Below, in pieces: positions 13,081-26,200 of a stretch of DNA of 64,000 nucleotides. The stretch's first letter is position 1, and each line of letters opens with the position of its first letter. The position numbers were made by a program, and so were the translations under genes. Source of the DNA: Eledone cirrhosa (lineage: Eukaryota); assembly GCA_964016885.1 (NCBI GenBank), contig OZ024746.1:70184001-70248000 (forward strand). The letters run 5' to 3'. The notes under the pieces are model-generated. The model searched no databases and was not told where the DNA came from. It saw nothing but the letters and a program-made list of their open reading frames with translations.

Positions 13081-14114
13081 ATTATATATATATATTCATA
13101 TATATATATATAGAGAGAGAGAGAGTTATATATATTACATCTGTTTATGTTATATATAACTCTGTAGGCATAGCAAAGTATTTCGTCTGTGAATATATAT
13201 ATATCACCATTTCTTTTAAGTTACACCTTACTTACCTATACCCTTACATATGTGTATAATGATATAAACACGCACACTTCATATTTTATAAAGATCACAC
13301 ATTGTGCTTGTGTTTTTGTACAAGTGCGTATATGTTTGTGTGGAAATATATGCAGCTACATATGAGTGTGTACATATGTATATATGTATATATGTATGTG
13401 TGCATGTATACGGGCGTAAGAATCTGTGCATACAGCATATTAAAATATGAAATACGCTTCTGCTTTTAAGTGCCTATTATTATTTATAAAACGTAGCTTT
13501 ATTAAAAGAAAAATAATCACAGCTATTCTGAAGAGGATTTTCATTTATTGCATTTTAAAATGTTATTCCAAATATAGTAAATTCCCATATAGCAGCTGTG
13601 ATGTGACAAATTTATTTTGTAAAATTTATAAAATTCATTAAAATTTGTTTGCAGGCGGAAGCATCTTCCGCTCTTTTTTTTTTCTTTTAGTTTATGTGGC
13701 TTCCTATTGCTCCTTTATCTTCTATGCCACTGTACATGACTTCAGCGCATCTCCCTTACCATCCTGCGGTGAAACGCCTTCGCCATTCTGTCCGCCGGGG
13801 CTGTGGGGAGGCCATCAATACGATTACTTAACCCTTTCGTGACTTCATGTGTTCGTATTTATTTTTACATCGGTTAAAAACCGGCGATGCATTTTTATGT
13901 CCTGTAACTTAGCGTTTCGACTTAAAGATATTGATAAAATGAATCCCGCATAAAAGATATACCTCAAGGTCGATATTATTGACAAAACACATGAAGATGT
14001 TGCTCAGAGCATGTCCACAATCCAATGACTGAAACTAGCAAAAGAATACAAGATAAATATCAATCTCTCTATATATCACTCTCTTTCATTCTTCCTCCAT
14101 CCCTCCTTTTCTGT

Positions 14115-14227
<113 letters not shown>

Positions 14228-14431
14228 ATTAAAATCTTTTCCTGGGTCATGTATTTTCGTTGCTCTGGTAATGCGGTTGGACTGCTGACTGCTATATCTG
14301 ATTTGCTAAGCTGTCTGAACGTAATGTTATTACTCTGGGGTCTTACCTCATCCGAGTGCTAAAGCTACAGACCGATTATGCATATACGCTAGCTTGGCCG
14401 TATACTAAAGCTTCGTCAATGCTGTACTAAA

Positions 14432-14476
<45 letters not shown>

Positions 14477-14652
14477 CGAAACATAAGTTAATTGCATGAA
14501 CTCATAATCTTTTATTTACTGCTATATATATTTCGATGATAGCCATTTAGTCAGTTAGTCAGTTCTTAGATATGCCAGCTCTGTGTGTATAGTGTTGATG
14601 GTATCAGAGCCTTGGGACATATGAGCTTGTTAGGAATATTTTGATGTTGTCA

Positions 14653-14728
<76 letters not shown>

Positions 14729-15078
14729 TAAATATAAATATAAATATATATATATATATCATAAATATAAATATATATATATAAATATAAATTAGCGAGA
14801 ATCGTATTTCGGCTATTGGAAATTAGCGAAAAACAACTTCCGAGATGTGTGGCAAGCGCTCAATAGATTCTAACGAACCAGAGCTACAACATACGTTAAA
14901 AGGCCAAACAAACTGAGACGATGGTTAAACCATTATCCGCACAGCCATAGAAACGACCAAGTAATTCGGGTCAAACAAATAAAAAAATATGATTGAAAAA
15001 TTTGATTATTGAATTTCCTTAATTTTGTTATGCACATTTCAGGGGTAAGGTTGCGTAAGAACCCGGTGACCTATTCAG

Positions 15079-15149
<71 letters not shown>

Positions 15150-15976
15150 AAAGAATAGAGGTGTAACACACAAGTTATTATATATTGGTAAACGGAATAG
15201 AAAATGCTGACAAATTGTTCACAGTTGAAAAATGGTTTAATTAGGAATAAAAGAGTATTAGTAATTGTATGGGTTAGTATTCAGTTGTGGTTTTAAGTTT
15301 TTAAGTTTTTACCGGTTGCGCATTTCTAAATGCTTTTCAAAAATAATTTTGAGACAGAGTGTCCGTGCTGTTTGCTCTTATATATATATACCGTTTGTAC
15401 ATTTTTTTTAAAAATAATTTTTTAAGCTTCTTCTTAAAAAATTGTTTTTCGTTTTACCTTGTTTTTGTTGGTTGTCCTGTCCTCTCTGTAAATTTTCCTA
15501 ACTTTATCATTACTAATCTGTGACGAACGTGTTATCTCTTCTCCCCATTTAATTTCAATGGCTTACATTTCAATGGCTTACATATCGTTTAACACGATAT
15601 CTATCTTGCTTTTTTTTCCTCTTCCTTTTATTCTTTTCTTTTCCAATCCCGAGACTTTCGTGCTATAAGAAGTACCACACTTTTTCCAGACGTCACATAA
15701 ATTCTACGTGTACTTGTTATAGCTTACTTGCTATGAATTAATGTTTTGTCTTTCGTCTCTTATTTCACTGGACAACGGTTGGCCTGTGTCAGATGCTGTA
15801 ATCCCGAGTGTATTAGCAGGACCATCGGTAGGGGTTGAAACTGGCAAAGTCCACCTCTACGGCCGATGACTCTAGAGTTCTGTGTCTTTCCACGAAAATC
15901 AGATTAGGATCAGAGAGTAATATCGATATGGATGATGTCTGAGGTAGGGATTTTATATATATATATATATATATAT

Positions 15977-16192
15977 AACGAAGGAAATGTGGTAAGGAAC
16001 CAGATGGACCATAACGCACCAAAGTACTCAATACTTAGGGTAGTAGAGTGGGTAATAGGAACGAGTAGGACCCCGACGGCTGAGCTGAAGCCGTTTCGAC
16101 GGTTAATTCTGGACTAAAAAAAAAAAAAAAAAAAAAAGTCCAGAATTAGCCGTCGAAACGGCTTGGGCTCAGCCATCGGGGTCCTACTCGTT

Positions 16193-16197
<5 letters not shown>
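15977..16197 (-). mobile_element. Fold-back element in (TA)n containing an HHR 3' half
   Basis: Arms 16055-16115 and 16137-16197 around an A-run. Contains GAAA-cggct(loop)agccg-TC. Second copy at 35818-35987. Confidence 0.65.
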
Positions 16198-16242
<45 letters not shown>

Positions 16243-16352
16243 TATGTGTGTGTGTGTGTTTCAGAGATACGACTCTGCTACATATGATCAGTGAATATTG
16301 TTTTTGTTAAAGTTCTACCTATAAATTTACAACACATCTATCTTTCTCTCTC

Positions 16353-16390
<38 letters not shown>

Positions 16391-16399
16391 TACATATAT

Positions 16400-16615
16400 C
16401 GACAGACGATCGCTTAACGAGTCGGATGGAGTTCGTCAAATCGGACAGAGAAAACACTCTTACCATTGGTCTTTCCAATTGCTAATACTATCTATCGGTC
16501 GCAAATCCTGATAAAAGGAGCAACGTGAAATAAAATGTCTTGCTCAAGGACATAACGCATCGGTCCGGGAATCGAAATCACAACCTCACGATAGCGAATC
16601 CTATTCTCTAACCAT
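16400..16615 (-). mobile_element. tRNA-derived SINE family B (CORE-like)
   Basis: Reverse complement of ttcgattcccggaccgatgcgttatgtccttgagcaagacattttatttcacgttgctc. Confidence 0.75.
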
Positions 16616-16623
16616 TCGTTTAC

Positions 16624-16683
<60 letters not shown>

Positions 16684-16814
16684 GGAAAGTTATATTTAAA
16701 ATTGTTGGGTTACAACTAGTAAATATTTATAACTGGTATAAAAGCACTCGACAAATATTTGGAGTATATTTACAATATTAAATAAATGGAAAACTATATT
16801 TATAAAACCATATT

Positions 16815-16880
16815 TATTTCATTATATATATTTCGGGGATATCATATTAACAATATGCTATGCCTTCATCAGACAAAATA
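16815..16880 (-). ncRNA. Type I hammerhead ribozyme (inverted copy)
   Basis: Reverse complement of 17034-17099. Confidence 0.7.
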
Positions 16881-17033
16881 CAATATAAACAGTTTTATAG
16901 ATAAATAGATTCGACATACCGTTATAACACCGACTTCATTTGAAGAGGTTTACAGCCAGCGTAAACCTCTTCAAATGAAGTCGGTGTTATAACGGTATGT
17001 CGAATCTATTTATCTATAAAACTGTTTATATTG

Positions 17034-17099
17034 TATTTTGTCTGATGAAGGCATAGCATATTGTTAATATGATATCCCCGAAATATATATAATGAAATA
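17034..17099 (+). ncRNA. Type I hammerhead ribozyme
   Basis: tattttgt-CTGATGA-stem II (catatt/aatatg core)-GAAA-tatata-TA-atgaaata. 8-bp stem I with two G-U pairs, palindromic stem III, AUA triplet. Confidence 0.7.
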
Positions 17100-17141
17100 A
17101 ATATGGTTTTATAAATATAGTTTTCCATTTATTTAATATTG

Positions 17142-17182
<41 letters not shown>

Positions 17183-17191
17183 TATATATAA

Positions 17192-17373
17192 TATAATTGT
17201 TTCTACTTTAGGCACAAGGCCAGCAATTATCCCAGTGTATTATTGGTACTTTATTTTATCGACCCCGTAAGGATGAAAGGCAAAGTCAACCTCGGCGGGA
17301 TTTGAACTCAGATCGTAAAGGGACGTAACTATGCTGGGAAGCATGGCGTCCGACCCTCTACTGATACTGCCAA
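17192..17373 (-). mobile_element. tRNA-derived SINE family A
   Basis: Near full-length match. Confidence 0.9.
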
Positions 17374-17377
17374 AATA

Positions 17378-17501
<124 letters not shown>

Positions 17502-18207
17502 ACATATGTCTGTGTGTGTGCGTGCGAGTTTGTATGCCTGTATACATAAAATGTTTCTTCCTAGCTACCATGTTAATAGTTCGTGTGTGCATCAGTGGAT
17601 AATGCGTTATATATATGTATATATATATATATATGCTTATTTTGAAAATAATTCCTCTGTCATCGATAAATAATGAACATATAATTATATATGTAGATTT
17701 TTTTTCATATATAAATATATTCTCAGAATCTGAAATTGTAATAAATAAATAAATGAATATAGCTGAAGGCATATAAGCAGTAAATTATTGTTATAATGAT
17801 ACAAGACCATTGTTATAGTTTATAGTATTACAAAGTGAATGTAAGAAGGAAAAAAGTTTATTCTGATTTATATGGATCAATTTAGTGGAATAGATTTTAC
17901 AGAATATTTAAAAAAGTTGTCTGTTGTTATATTTTCTCTGTCTGTTTTCTGACTTTTTATTATTATTATTATTATTATTATTTTTTTTTTTTTTTAATAA
18001 TCTTATTTGTTTATCCAGGAAATCACTCCATGTGTGTTATTTTAGAATTTCAATTGTATGTTTGCAAAGTGTATCGATCTGTTTGTTCTTAATGACAACA
18101 AACGATAGATAGGGAATAGTGAGGAGTGCAACTGATCATTTAGGATAATTTTATGCAAATCATTTAAAAATCATCCTAGGCTACGAGCACACACATACAC
18201 TTTCTCT

Positions 18208-18289
<82 letters not shown>

Positions 18290-18311
18290 CTCTCTCTTTT
18301 TCTCTCTCTCT

Positions 18312-18362
<51 letters not shown>

Positions 18363-18460
18363 CCACTCTTTCTCCCTCGAGAGAGAGAGAGAGAGAGAGA
18401 GAGAGACGCATGCATCTTCATCCTACGTAAATCCACCTACGTAAATATTACATATATATA

Positions 18461-18540
<80 letters not shown>

Positions 18541-19399
18541 CTCATATATGTCTGTATCGTATTTATCAAAGCTACATTATTGAAAAATCCTTTTAATGAT
18601 CTCATTGAAATTCATTTCCCAAAGCGACAACAAACCTACCTTATTCAGCCTCCAACTAAATCTTTGACATTTCAAGTTTGAAAGCCTTTTGTTGCGTCCC
18701 TTCAGACATAACGTGCGATCGATTTCAAATAATATACATCCCATTCCAACCTCCTACGTATATCTGCATCCTTTATCATAAATCTATATCCTGTTATTTT
18801 TCCGTAGTGTTTTCAATAAAAAAGAATTTGCTAAACTAAATCATCAAAATAACTACAAAATCTTTTGAATCTAATAACTCTATATTATTTTGCGTTGTGT
18901 CTATCTAATTTTCCACCCATTTTGTTTTTTTACCATGATTCATTCAACCATTCATTCATACATTTCCTTTGTGATATTTTCACAACAATAGCTTCTTATC
19001 AAACTAGCCCTTTAATTAGTTAAAGTATGGAAATATGAAGTGTTTTAAATGTTAAGTGAATCCATTTTGTTTAAGTTTGCAGTTTAAAATTTTAAAATCT
19101 ACAGGGAAATGTAATGCTGGTTTATGATTTAATGAGGAAAACAGAAATAGAATTTGGCTGTAAATTAAAATTCATTTTAAGTTTTACAAAAGAAAATGTG
19201 TAAATAATGAAGAAAACTATATTTTATAGATTTTTTTTTCGCATTTTTTCTTGTTGAATTGAAATAAATTGATGTTTTTCCGGTTTTTATGTTATCAAAA
19301 TAGTCGGGGGAACATTGTCTGTTCCATTTGTAGGCTCTCCAATATTGCTCAGATTGATGTGGCTAATGTCCAGTATGAACATTTAGAGATTGTGGTGGA

Positions 19400-19716
19400 T
19401 CTCCATCGATTCCAGTGACGAGTGTTTCAGTTGAATCGATCAACAGAACAGCCTGCTCATAAAATTAACGTGCAAGTGGTTGAGCATTCCACAGACACGT
19501 GTACCTATAACACAGTTCTCAAAGATATTCAACGTTACACATGGTGGAATAAGGAGAGCCTTTTGAATTACAGGTACATCTCATATTTGCCTGCTAGATG
19601 GACTGGAGAAACGTAAAATAAAGAGTTTTGCTTAAGGACACAACGCACCAGCGTGAATCGAATTTACGGATTTACAATCGTATGTTGAATACCCTAACCA
19701 TAAGACACGCACCTTC
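19400..19716 (-). mobile_element. SINE family B, degenerate
   Basis: Reverse-complement similarity to 4512-4815 and 24172-24390. Confidence 0.6.
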
Positions 19717-19819
19717 ACATCTATAGAATAATGTATACAGGAAAAATATGATTGCGTGACATTAGGAAACAAGGATTTCTAGTTTTGATATTTGTAAGAG
19801 TTTTGTTCAAGAAGTGGAC

Positions 19820-21280
19820 AAGTGATAACATTTGGCAGCAGTTTGATAGACAAAGCGATTAAAGATATAAAGGTAGGGAAGGCAATTGGGCCATCCGATA
19901 TAGTTGCTAAGATTCTAAAAACATATGGCAGGGTAGGATATGAGCTAGTCCAGCACATAGTTAATCAAATAGTACCTGATGATGCCATCACCCATGACTT
20001 GCTCAGCAGGTTAGTAGGAGAGAGGGCAGGGGCTACTACAATCAGGAAAGTGGCTTTTTACAATATGTCTAAAAGAGGTGGAGAAAAATTGTATAAGTTG
20101 CACACAGTATAATCTATGGGCGCACAAGAGATGTAATAGGATTACAGCCACGTTAATGGTGAAGATAGACTTTATATGCGCCAGATGCGCGGGAGAAGTA
20201 ATCACTAAAAGCATACATGAAATAGATTTCATCAATTACCGGGAAGACTACTTAGAAGTTGTTTACAGCTTTTGTAATCTAGGTGGCCAAATCAGCTGTG
20301 GGTGATAGCCATGATAAGAACATGCTGGAACAAGTTTAGGGAGCTGGTACCGTTGCTGACTATAAAGAGCTTTTCTCTCGGAGAGAAGCGTAGACTGTAT
20401 GATGCCTGCGTGTAAACGGAAATGTTACATAGCAGCGAGACATGGGCCTTGACTGAAAAAGACCTGTTAAGGATAGAAAGAAATTAAGCGGGTGATAGTT
20501 GTGTAATGTTAGTGTGCATAAACGACGTAGCATAAGTGAGTTGAAAGAAAATGATGGCGTAAGTGGAATTGAGTGTAGTGTGCAGGAGAGAAGACTGCGT
20601 TAGTATGGACATGTGATGTCTATGGAAGATGGCAGTTATTTAAAGAAGTACAGTGATATCTCAGTTGATGCGACCCGTGGAAGAGGCATACCCAGGAATT
20701 TGGGGAATGAAATAATGAAGTCCGACTTTAAAATCCTGGACTGCACAGCAGAGATGACAAATGATCACGAGAATTGATGACATATGGTACTAGAGAAGTC
20801 TCTGGATTGGCAGTATCGGTAGAGGGTCGGACGCCTTGCTTTACAGCAAAGTTACGTCCCTTTACGGACTGAGTTCAAATCCCGCCGAGGTTAACTTTGC
20901 CTTTCATCCTTACGGGGTCGATAAAATAAAGTACCAGTAATATACTGGGTAATTGCTGGTCTTGGGCCAAAAGTAGAAACAATTAAGTTTATGACCTAGC
21001 TCTTTCATAACCTCCCCCAATATAACTTCCTAGTAACTATTTTCATAGTATTGTCACTATAACTGTACACCCCAGTCCTACTCTTCAGCAGTGCCTCCCT
21101 AGTGCTGGTGCCATTATGAAATGCACTCGGCTGAGTACGAGATAGATATGAGATGCTTAACTCCGGTGGAAGCTAAATGGAGAATCCCCGGCCCATTTGA
21201 GAAATCAGTATCTCCACTTGAGTACTGACTCGATCTGTAGGAAAATGGACGTTAAATGAAGATGATGATGATGATGTGTA
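19820..21280 (+). mobile_element. Degenerate RTE-clade LINE (internally deleted, interrupted by a SINE)
   Basis: IKDIKVGKAIGPSDIVA; WAHKRC..FICARC; WNKFRELVPLL; LYDACV; 3' tail ggacgttaaatgaagatgatgatg. Many stops and frameshifts. Confidence 0.8.
20803..20985 (+). mobile_element. tRNA-derived SINE family A nested in the RTE
   Basis: Full match to the family. Confidence 0.9.
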
Positions 21281-21392
21281 TTGTCGCTTTCATTATCATC
21301 ATCATTATCATCATCTTCAATACCATCATCATCATCGTCATCATCAATATCATTATGACTACCATCATAATTATTTTCATAAAAGCAACAAC

Positions 21393-21566
21393 ATAATTGT
21401 TTCTACTTTTGGCACAAGGCCAGCAATTATCCCAGTGCATTACTGGTACTTTATTTTATCGACCCCGTAAGGATGAAAGGCAAAGTGAACCGCGGCGCGA
21501 TTTGAACTCAGTCCGTAAAGGGACGTAACTGTGCTGCAAAGCATGGCGTCCGACGCTCTACCGATA
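21393..21566 (-). mobile_element. tRNA-derived SINE family A
   Basis: Match to the family. Confidence 0.9.
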
Positions 21567-22770
21567 TAAGTTCCATCAAAGATAGTTTTCTTCGCTCTTT
21601 TCTTCTCATACATTCTAAGAACAAAGATAGTTTGATTTTTTTTTTTCTTACACCTAACTAAAAGAAGAATGTCACTGATGAATATACAGAACACAGGAAA
21701 AGGATAGCTTATTAGATTTAATTAATAATAGATTTAATTAGGATTTGTCATAAGCTAGAAGCAATAAAACCGTGTTTGGTAATTATGTTTCCATGTCTAT
21801 TAATTTTAATTGCCCCATTAACAAGAAAACTGCTTGCTTGCCATAAATATATTTTCCTTATTATATTAAGGCGATTTATCTTTTTGCGAGATTAAAAACA
21901 ATGCATAAATAAATAAACAAATAAATGAATAAATCGAAGATAAAGGTTTCTAGTATTTACCTAAGGCTGCAGATTTATAAGAAAGGGGCGTTTATTTTAT
22001 TAAATGGATATCTTTTCTTGACCGACTGAAAGGTAAATCAACCTTCAGTAATTTGATCACAGATCGTAAAGTGACACAACTAGATATCGAAAGGCATTTA
22101 CGTGTACAAAGAACACAGGTCCTGACAGCTACAGCTCTTTAAAATAATAATTTTGCAAAATCGGTTGAGCGTCGGACAACATGCTTCGTACAACATTTCT
22201 CCTGCGGCTTATGTGGTCAGTTTTTCCTTAGTTATTACGGTTTCAAAGCAGCGTATGTTCAAGTCCTTATATAAGTACCTCTATTGTCGATATTTTGGAG
22301 AAGGCATAGTGTCAAGTTCTCTGAGGGTTGAGAAACCTTAGGAAAAATAACAGTAGCGGAAGGGATTAGGGTTTTCTTCCTTACATTACGTGATGCAATT
22401 TTTTGTGAAAATGGACGGTTATAGTTTTGCAGCTCTGCTGAATTTTAAAAAAATATTTCCCGACCGCGTATGCAGCGTATGATGCGGGGACACTGTGTTT
22501 CGTTCCTAAACTCTACACTTTCTGAGCTCAAATTTCTCTAGAGTCGACTTTTCTTCAATCGGAGTTTTACAAATAAAGTACCAGTACTGGGGTCGATTTA
22601 AGTGACTATAACAATTAACAACATGTCATGCTTGATGTCTATGTAAGAAACAATAATCAACAATAACTCCCCGCCATTGGCACAAGGCTACAGGTTTTAC
22701 GTAGAGTAAAGTCGATTAAATCTATCCTAGCATTTGTATATATATGTATATATATGTATATATATATTTA

Positions 22771-22800
<30 letters not shown>

Positions 22801-22802
<2 letters not shown>

Positions 22803-23069
22803 CAATATTAAATAAATGGAAACTATATTTATAAAACCATATTTATTTCATTATATATATTTCAGGGATATCATATTAACAATATGCTATGCCTTCCTCC
22901 TGTTAATATGATATCCCTGAAATATATATAATGAAATAAATATGGTTTTATAAATATAGTTTCCATTTATTTAATATTGTAAATATACTCCAAATATTTG
23001 TCGAGTGCTTTTATATCAGTTATAAATATTTACTAGTTGTAACCCAACAATTTTAAATATAACTTTCCA
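22801..23069. mobile_element. PLE-terminus fold-back (same family as 16683-17143) with 81-bp arms
   Basis: 22801-22881 is the reverse complement of 22901-22981. Flanked by (TA)n. Confidence 0.8.
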
Positions 23070-23084
23070 TATATATATATATAT

Positions 23085-23273
23085 AAACCACAGACCCTCC
23101 ATCTCAACTCTACTTTTTAAAAGCAGAAGAACTGCGAAACCGGTAAAGGAACCAAATAAATATTTTTTTTTTAAATAAGACCCCAGTTGCATTTTCGATT
23201 TCATCTTTTTTTTTTTATACTTTCACTCGTGTAGGACACCGGTTATTTTTCATTTTGTAAAAAAAAAACTCAC

Positions 23274-23281
<8 letters not shown>
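23085..23281 (+). mobile_element. PLE-terminus-like repeat with HHR 3'-half motif GAAA-ccgg-TA
   Basis: Similar to 12668-12890 and 26945-27575. (TA)n on both sides. Confidence 0.55.
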
Positions 23282-23363
<82 letters not shown>

Positions 23364-23380
23364 GTATATATATGTATATA

Positions 23381-23416
<36 letters not shown>

Positions 23417-23491
23417 AGTATATATATATATGTATAAGTATACATATATATATATATATAGAAGTGGTTACACAACAGTTAGTTCACCATA

Positions 23492-23531
23492 CCGAGAACA
23501 ATTGTTTCACCTTCGCGGATCTTCAGCGCGG
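23492..23531 (-). ncRNA. Minimal type I hammerhead ribozyme
   Basis: ccgcg-CTGAAGA-tcc(gcgaa)ggt-GAAA-caattg-TT-ctcgg. Palindromic stem III, one stem I mismatch. Confidence 0.7.
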
Positions 23532-23771
23532 GATGTGTATGGTTATAGGAACAGGAAGGACAACCGTACGAACGCGCATGCGCAGTAAAATCGGTCACTT
23601 CACACAGGCAATACTAGACTGCGTGCAGGAGGTGTAAGGGAGATAACTGCGAAAGTCCGGAAAGTTTTGGGGGTTGAAATTAAAATAAAAAAATTAAAAA
23701 TAAAATTACAAGGAATCAGTCCGGAGCCTTGTAGTTATGCAATAGATGTTTGGTGACGTGTGGACAACGTG

Positions 23772-23865
<94 letters not shown>

Positions 23866-23899
23866 TATATTTATTTGTGTATATATATATATATATCTT

Positions 23900-23982
<83 letters not shown>

Positions 23983-24037
23983 GTATATGTATATATATAT
24001 ATGTATATGTATATATATATATGTATATATATATATG

Positions 24038-24068
<31 letters not shown>

Positions 24069-24069
24069 G

Positions 24070-24115
<46 letters not shown>

Positions 24116-24171
24116 ATATATATATATATATATGTATATATGTATATATATATATATGTATAAATATGTGA

Positions 24172-24390
24172 AGGCATGTGGCTAAGTGGTTAGAGAATTG
24201 GATTCACAATCTTGAGGTTGTGAGTTCGATTCCTGGACCGGGCGATGCGTTATGTGCTTGAGCAAGACACTTTATTTCACGTTGCTCTTTCTACCTGGAG
24301 TTGCGACCGATAGATAGTAATAGCAACTGGAAAGACCGACGAAAACATTGTTTCCTCGGTCCGATTTGACGAAAGTCGATCGATCCTTAA
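24172..24390 (+). mobile_element. tRNA-derived SINE family B (CORE-like)
   Basis: ggcatgtggctaagtggttag (A box)...gagttcgattcct (B box)...tgtgcttgagcaagacactttatttcacgttgctc. Confidence 0.8.
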
Positions 24391-24591
24391 TATATGTATA
24401 TATACAATTAAGAACAAAGAGCGCTTAGAACATAGGTATATGTCAACAATTAAAGATATACCTTTGTTCTAAGCGCTCTTTGTTGTTAATTGTATTACGG
24501 CTCTGTCTTCAGACATTGAGCTAACCATATACTGCCTATCTGATAAGTTGAGTGTTATACACTCTCAATTTTCTCTTTTATATATTATATG

Positions 24592-24622
<31 letters not shown>

Positions 24623-24623
24623 G

Positions 24624-24700
<77 letters not shown>

Positions 24701-25380
24701 GTATATATATATTATATATATATATATATAGTTAGGGAAGCAGAAAATTGCTTATTGTAATCCAGTTCGTGGTTAAGATAGCCAGTTTCATGGACGGTTT
24801 CAACGTACGGTTAGGGGTAACTCCACAAGTTTGTAAGAATCACGTTCAATCTTGGAGTATAAAGTATAAAAGAGAAAACACAGGTAAGTATTTTAAAAAA
24901 AAAGGATTTTATCCAGGTATTTACGACCGTTTCATTGGTAAGTGCAACCTTATATTGCTATACTGCAAATAGCAGCCACTCAATAATAACTGTTGTACAC
25001 GTACACATTTTCAAAATAGTGAATAAGTTACTCTTAAAAAGTTCTTAATATATAGAAAAACATTTTTTTGGAATTGTATTTGCTAGTATAGAGAGAGAGC
25101 GGAAGAGGAATTAGAAATTGGAGGAACAAAGGGAGTAGTATAGAGAGAGAGGAAGGGTGAGAAGAATTAGGAAGTAGAATGACAAACTGAGATGGAGGGA
25201 GGGGTAGAGGTGGAAGGATTCCTCGATCGGTTTTGATACGTAGACTTCATGTCGTCAATTTACAGTGTAGTGAGTTAAAGAGAATTAAATTGTTTATAGT
25301 GCGATGGATGGAGAGAGAGAGGGTGGGGGGAGATAGAGAGATAAATATATATATAAAAAATAAATAAAATAAAAATAAAG

Positions 25381-25441
<61 letters not shown>

Positions 25442-25517
25442 CGTGTGTGTGTGTGTGTAATGTTTACTGTATACTGTAGCGTATCTCTATGATGTTACGT
25501 GTATATAACCTTCTGAT

Positions 25518-25576
<59 letters not shown>

Positions 25577-26131
25577 AATAATGATGGCTGCGCGTTGCAA
25601 ATGGTGGTGCATATGAAAAAGTAAGTCCTTCATCAGTGACCCTCCAACCGTCCCAGGCATTTCATCGCTTTAAGGGCCATATGCCTCAGGTTGGTGCGAA
25701 CAACGGCTAAAAAAAGTCGTTGGGACACGTAAATAAAGGGGACGTTAGGGTAACAAACAAAATGGTTTAAGCAACGGAAAGTGAGAAGAAATAGACAAGT
25801 CCCAGATCTCTATGAATATAAACTCGGTGAAATCGTGAACAAGAGACAAAAGACCATCAAACCTGGTTTAAATGTGAGCAAGGAAGGAATTTCGCACAGG
25901 TCTAACGGGGGGGGGGAAGAAAAAGAAGAAGAAGAAGGGGTCTGGTCTACGAATTCGGTAAACATAAGTTTTGTGAAGTCGCAGACGAAAGAGAGAGAGA
26001 GAAAATATATATATATATATATATATATAAACATCAGAAGGCTATATACACATGACATCATAGAGATACGCTATATATATATATATATATATAATATATA
26101 AGATCAAAAGATGGTTAAATGAGTTCCATGT

Positions 26132-26200
26132 ATTTTATTATGCGCATTTCAAAAACAAATATCATCATGCAATAACATTTGTGTTTTCATCAGATAAAAT
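26132..26200 (-). ncRNA. Type I hammerhead ribozyme
   Basis: attttat-CTGATGA-stem II (acaaat/atttgt)-GAAA-tgcgca-TA-ataaaat. Perfect 7-bp stem I, palindromic stem III. Confidence 0.85.

Larger units (their letters stand above)
16683..17143. mobile_element. PLE-terminus fold-back: 183-bp arms with a 7-nt spacer
   Basis: 16771-16953 is the reverse complement of 16961-17143. Flanked by (TA)n. Confidence 0.8.
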
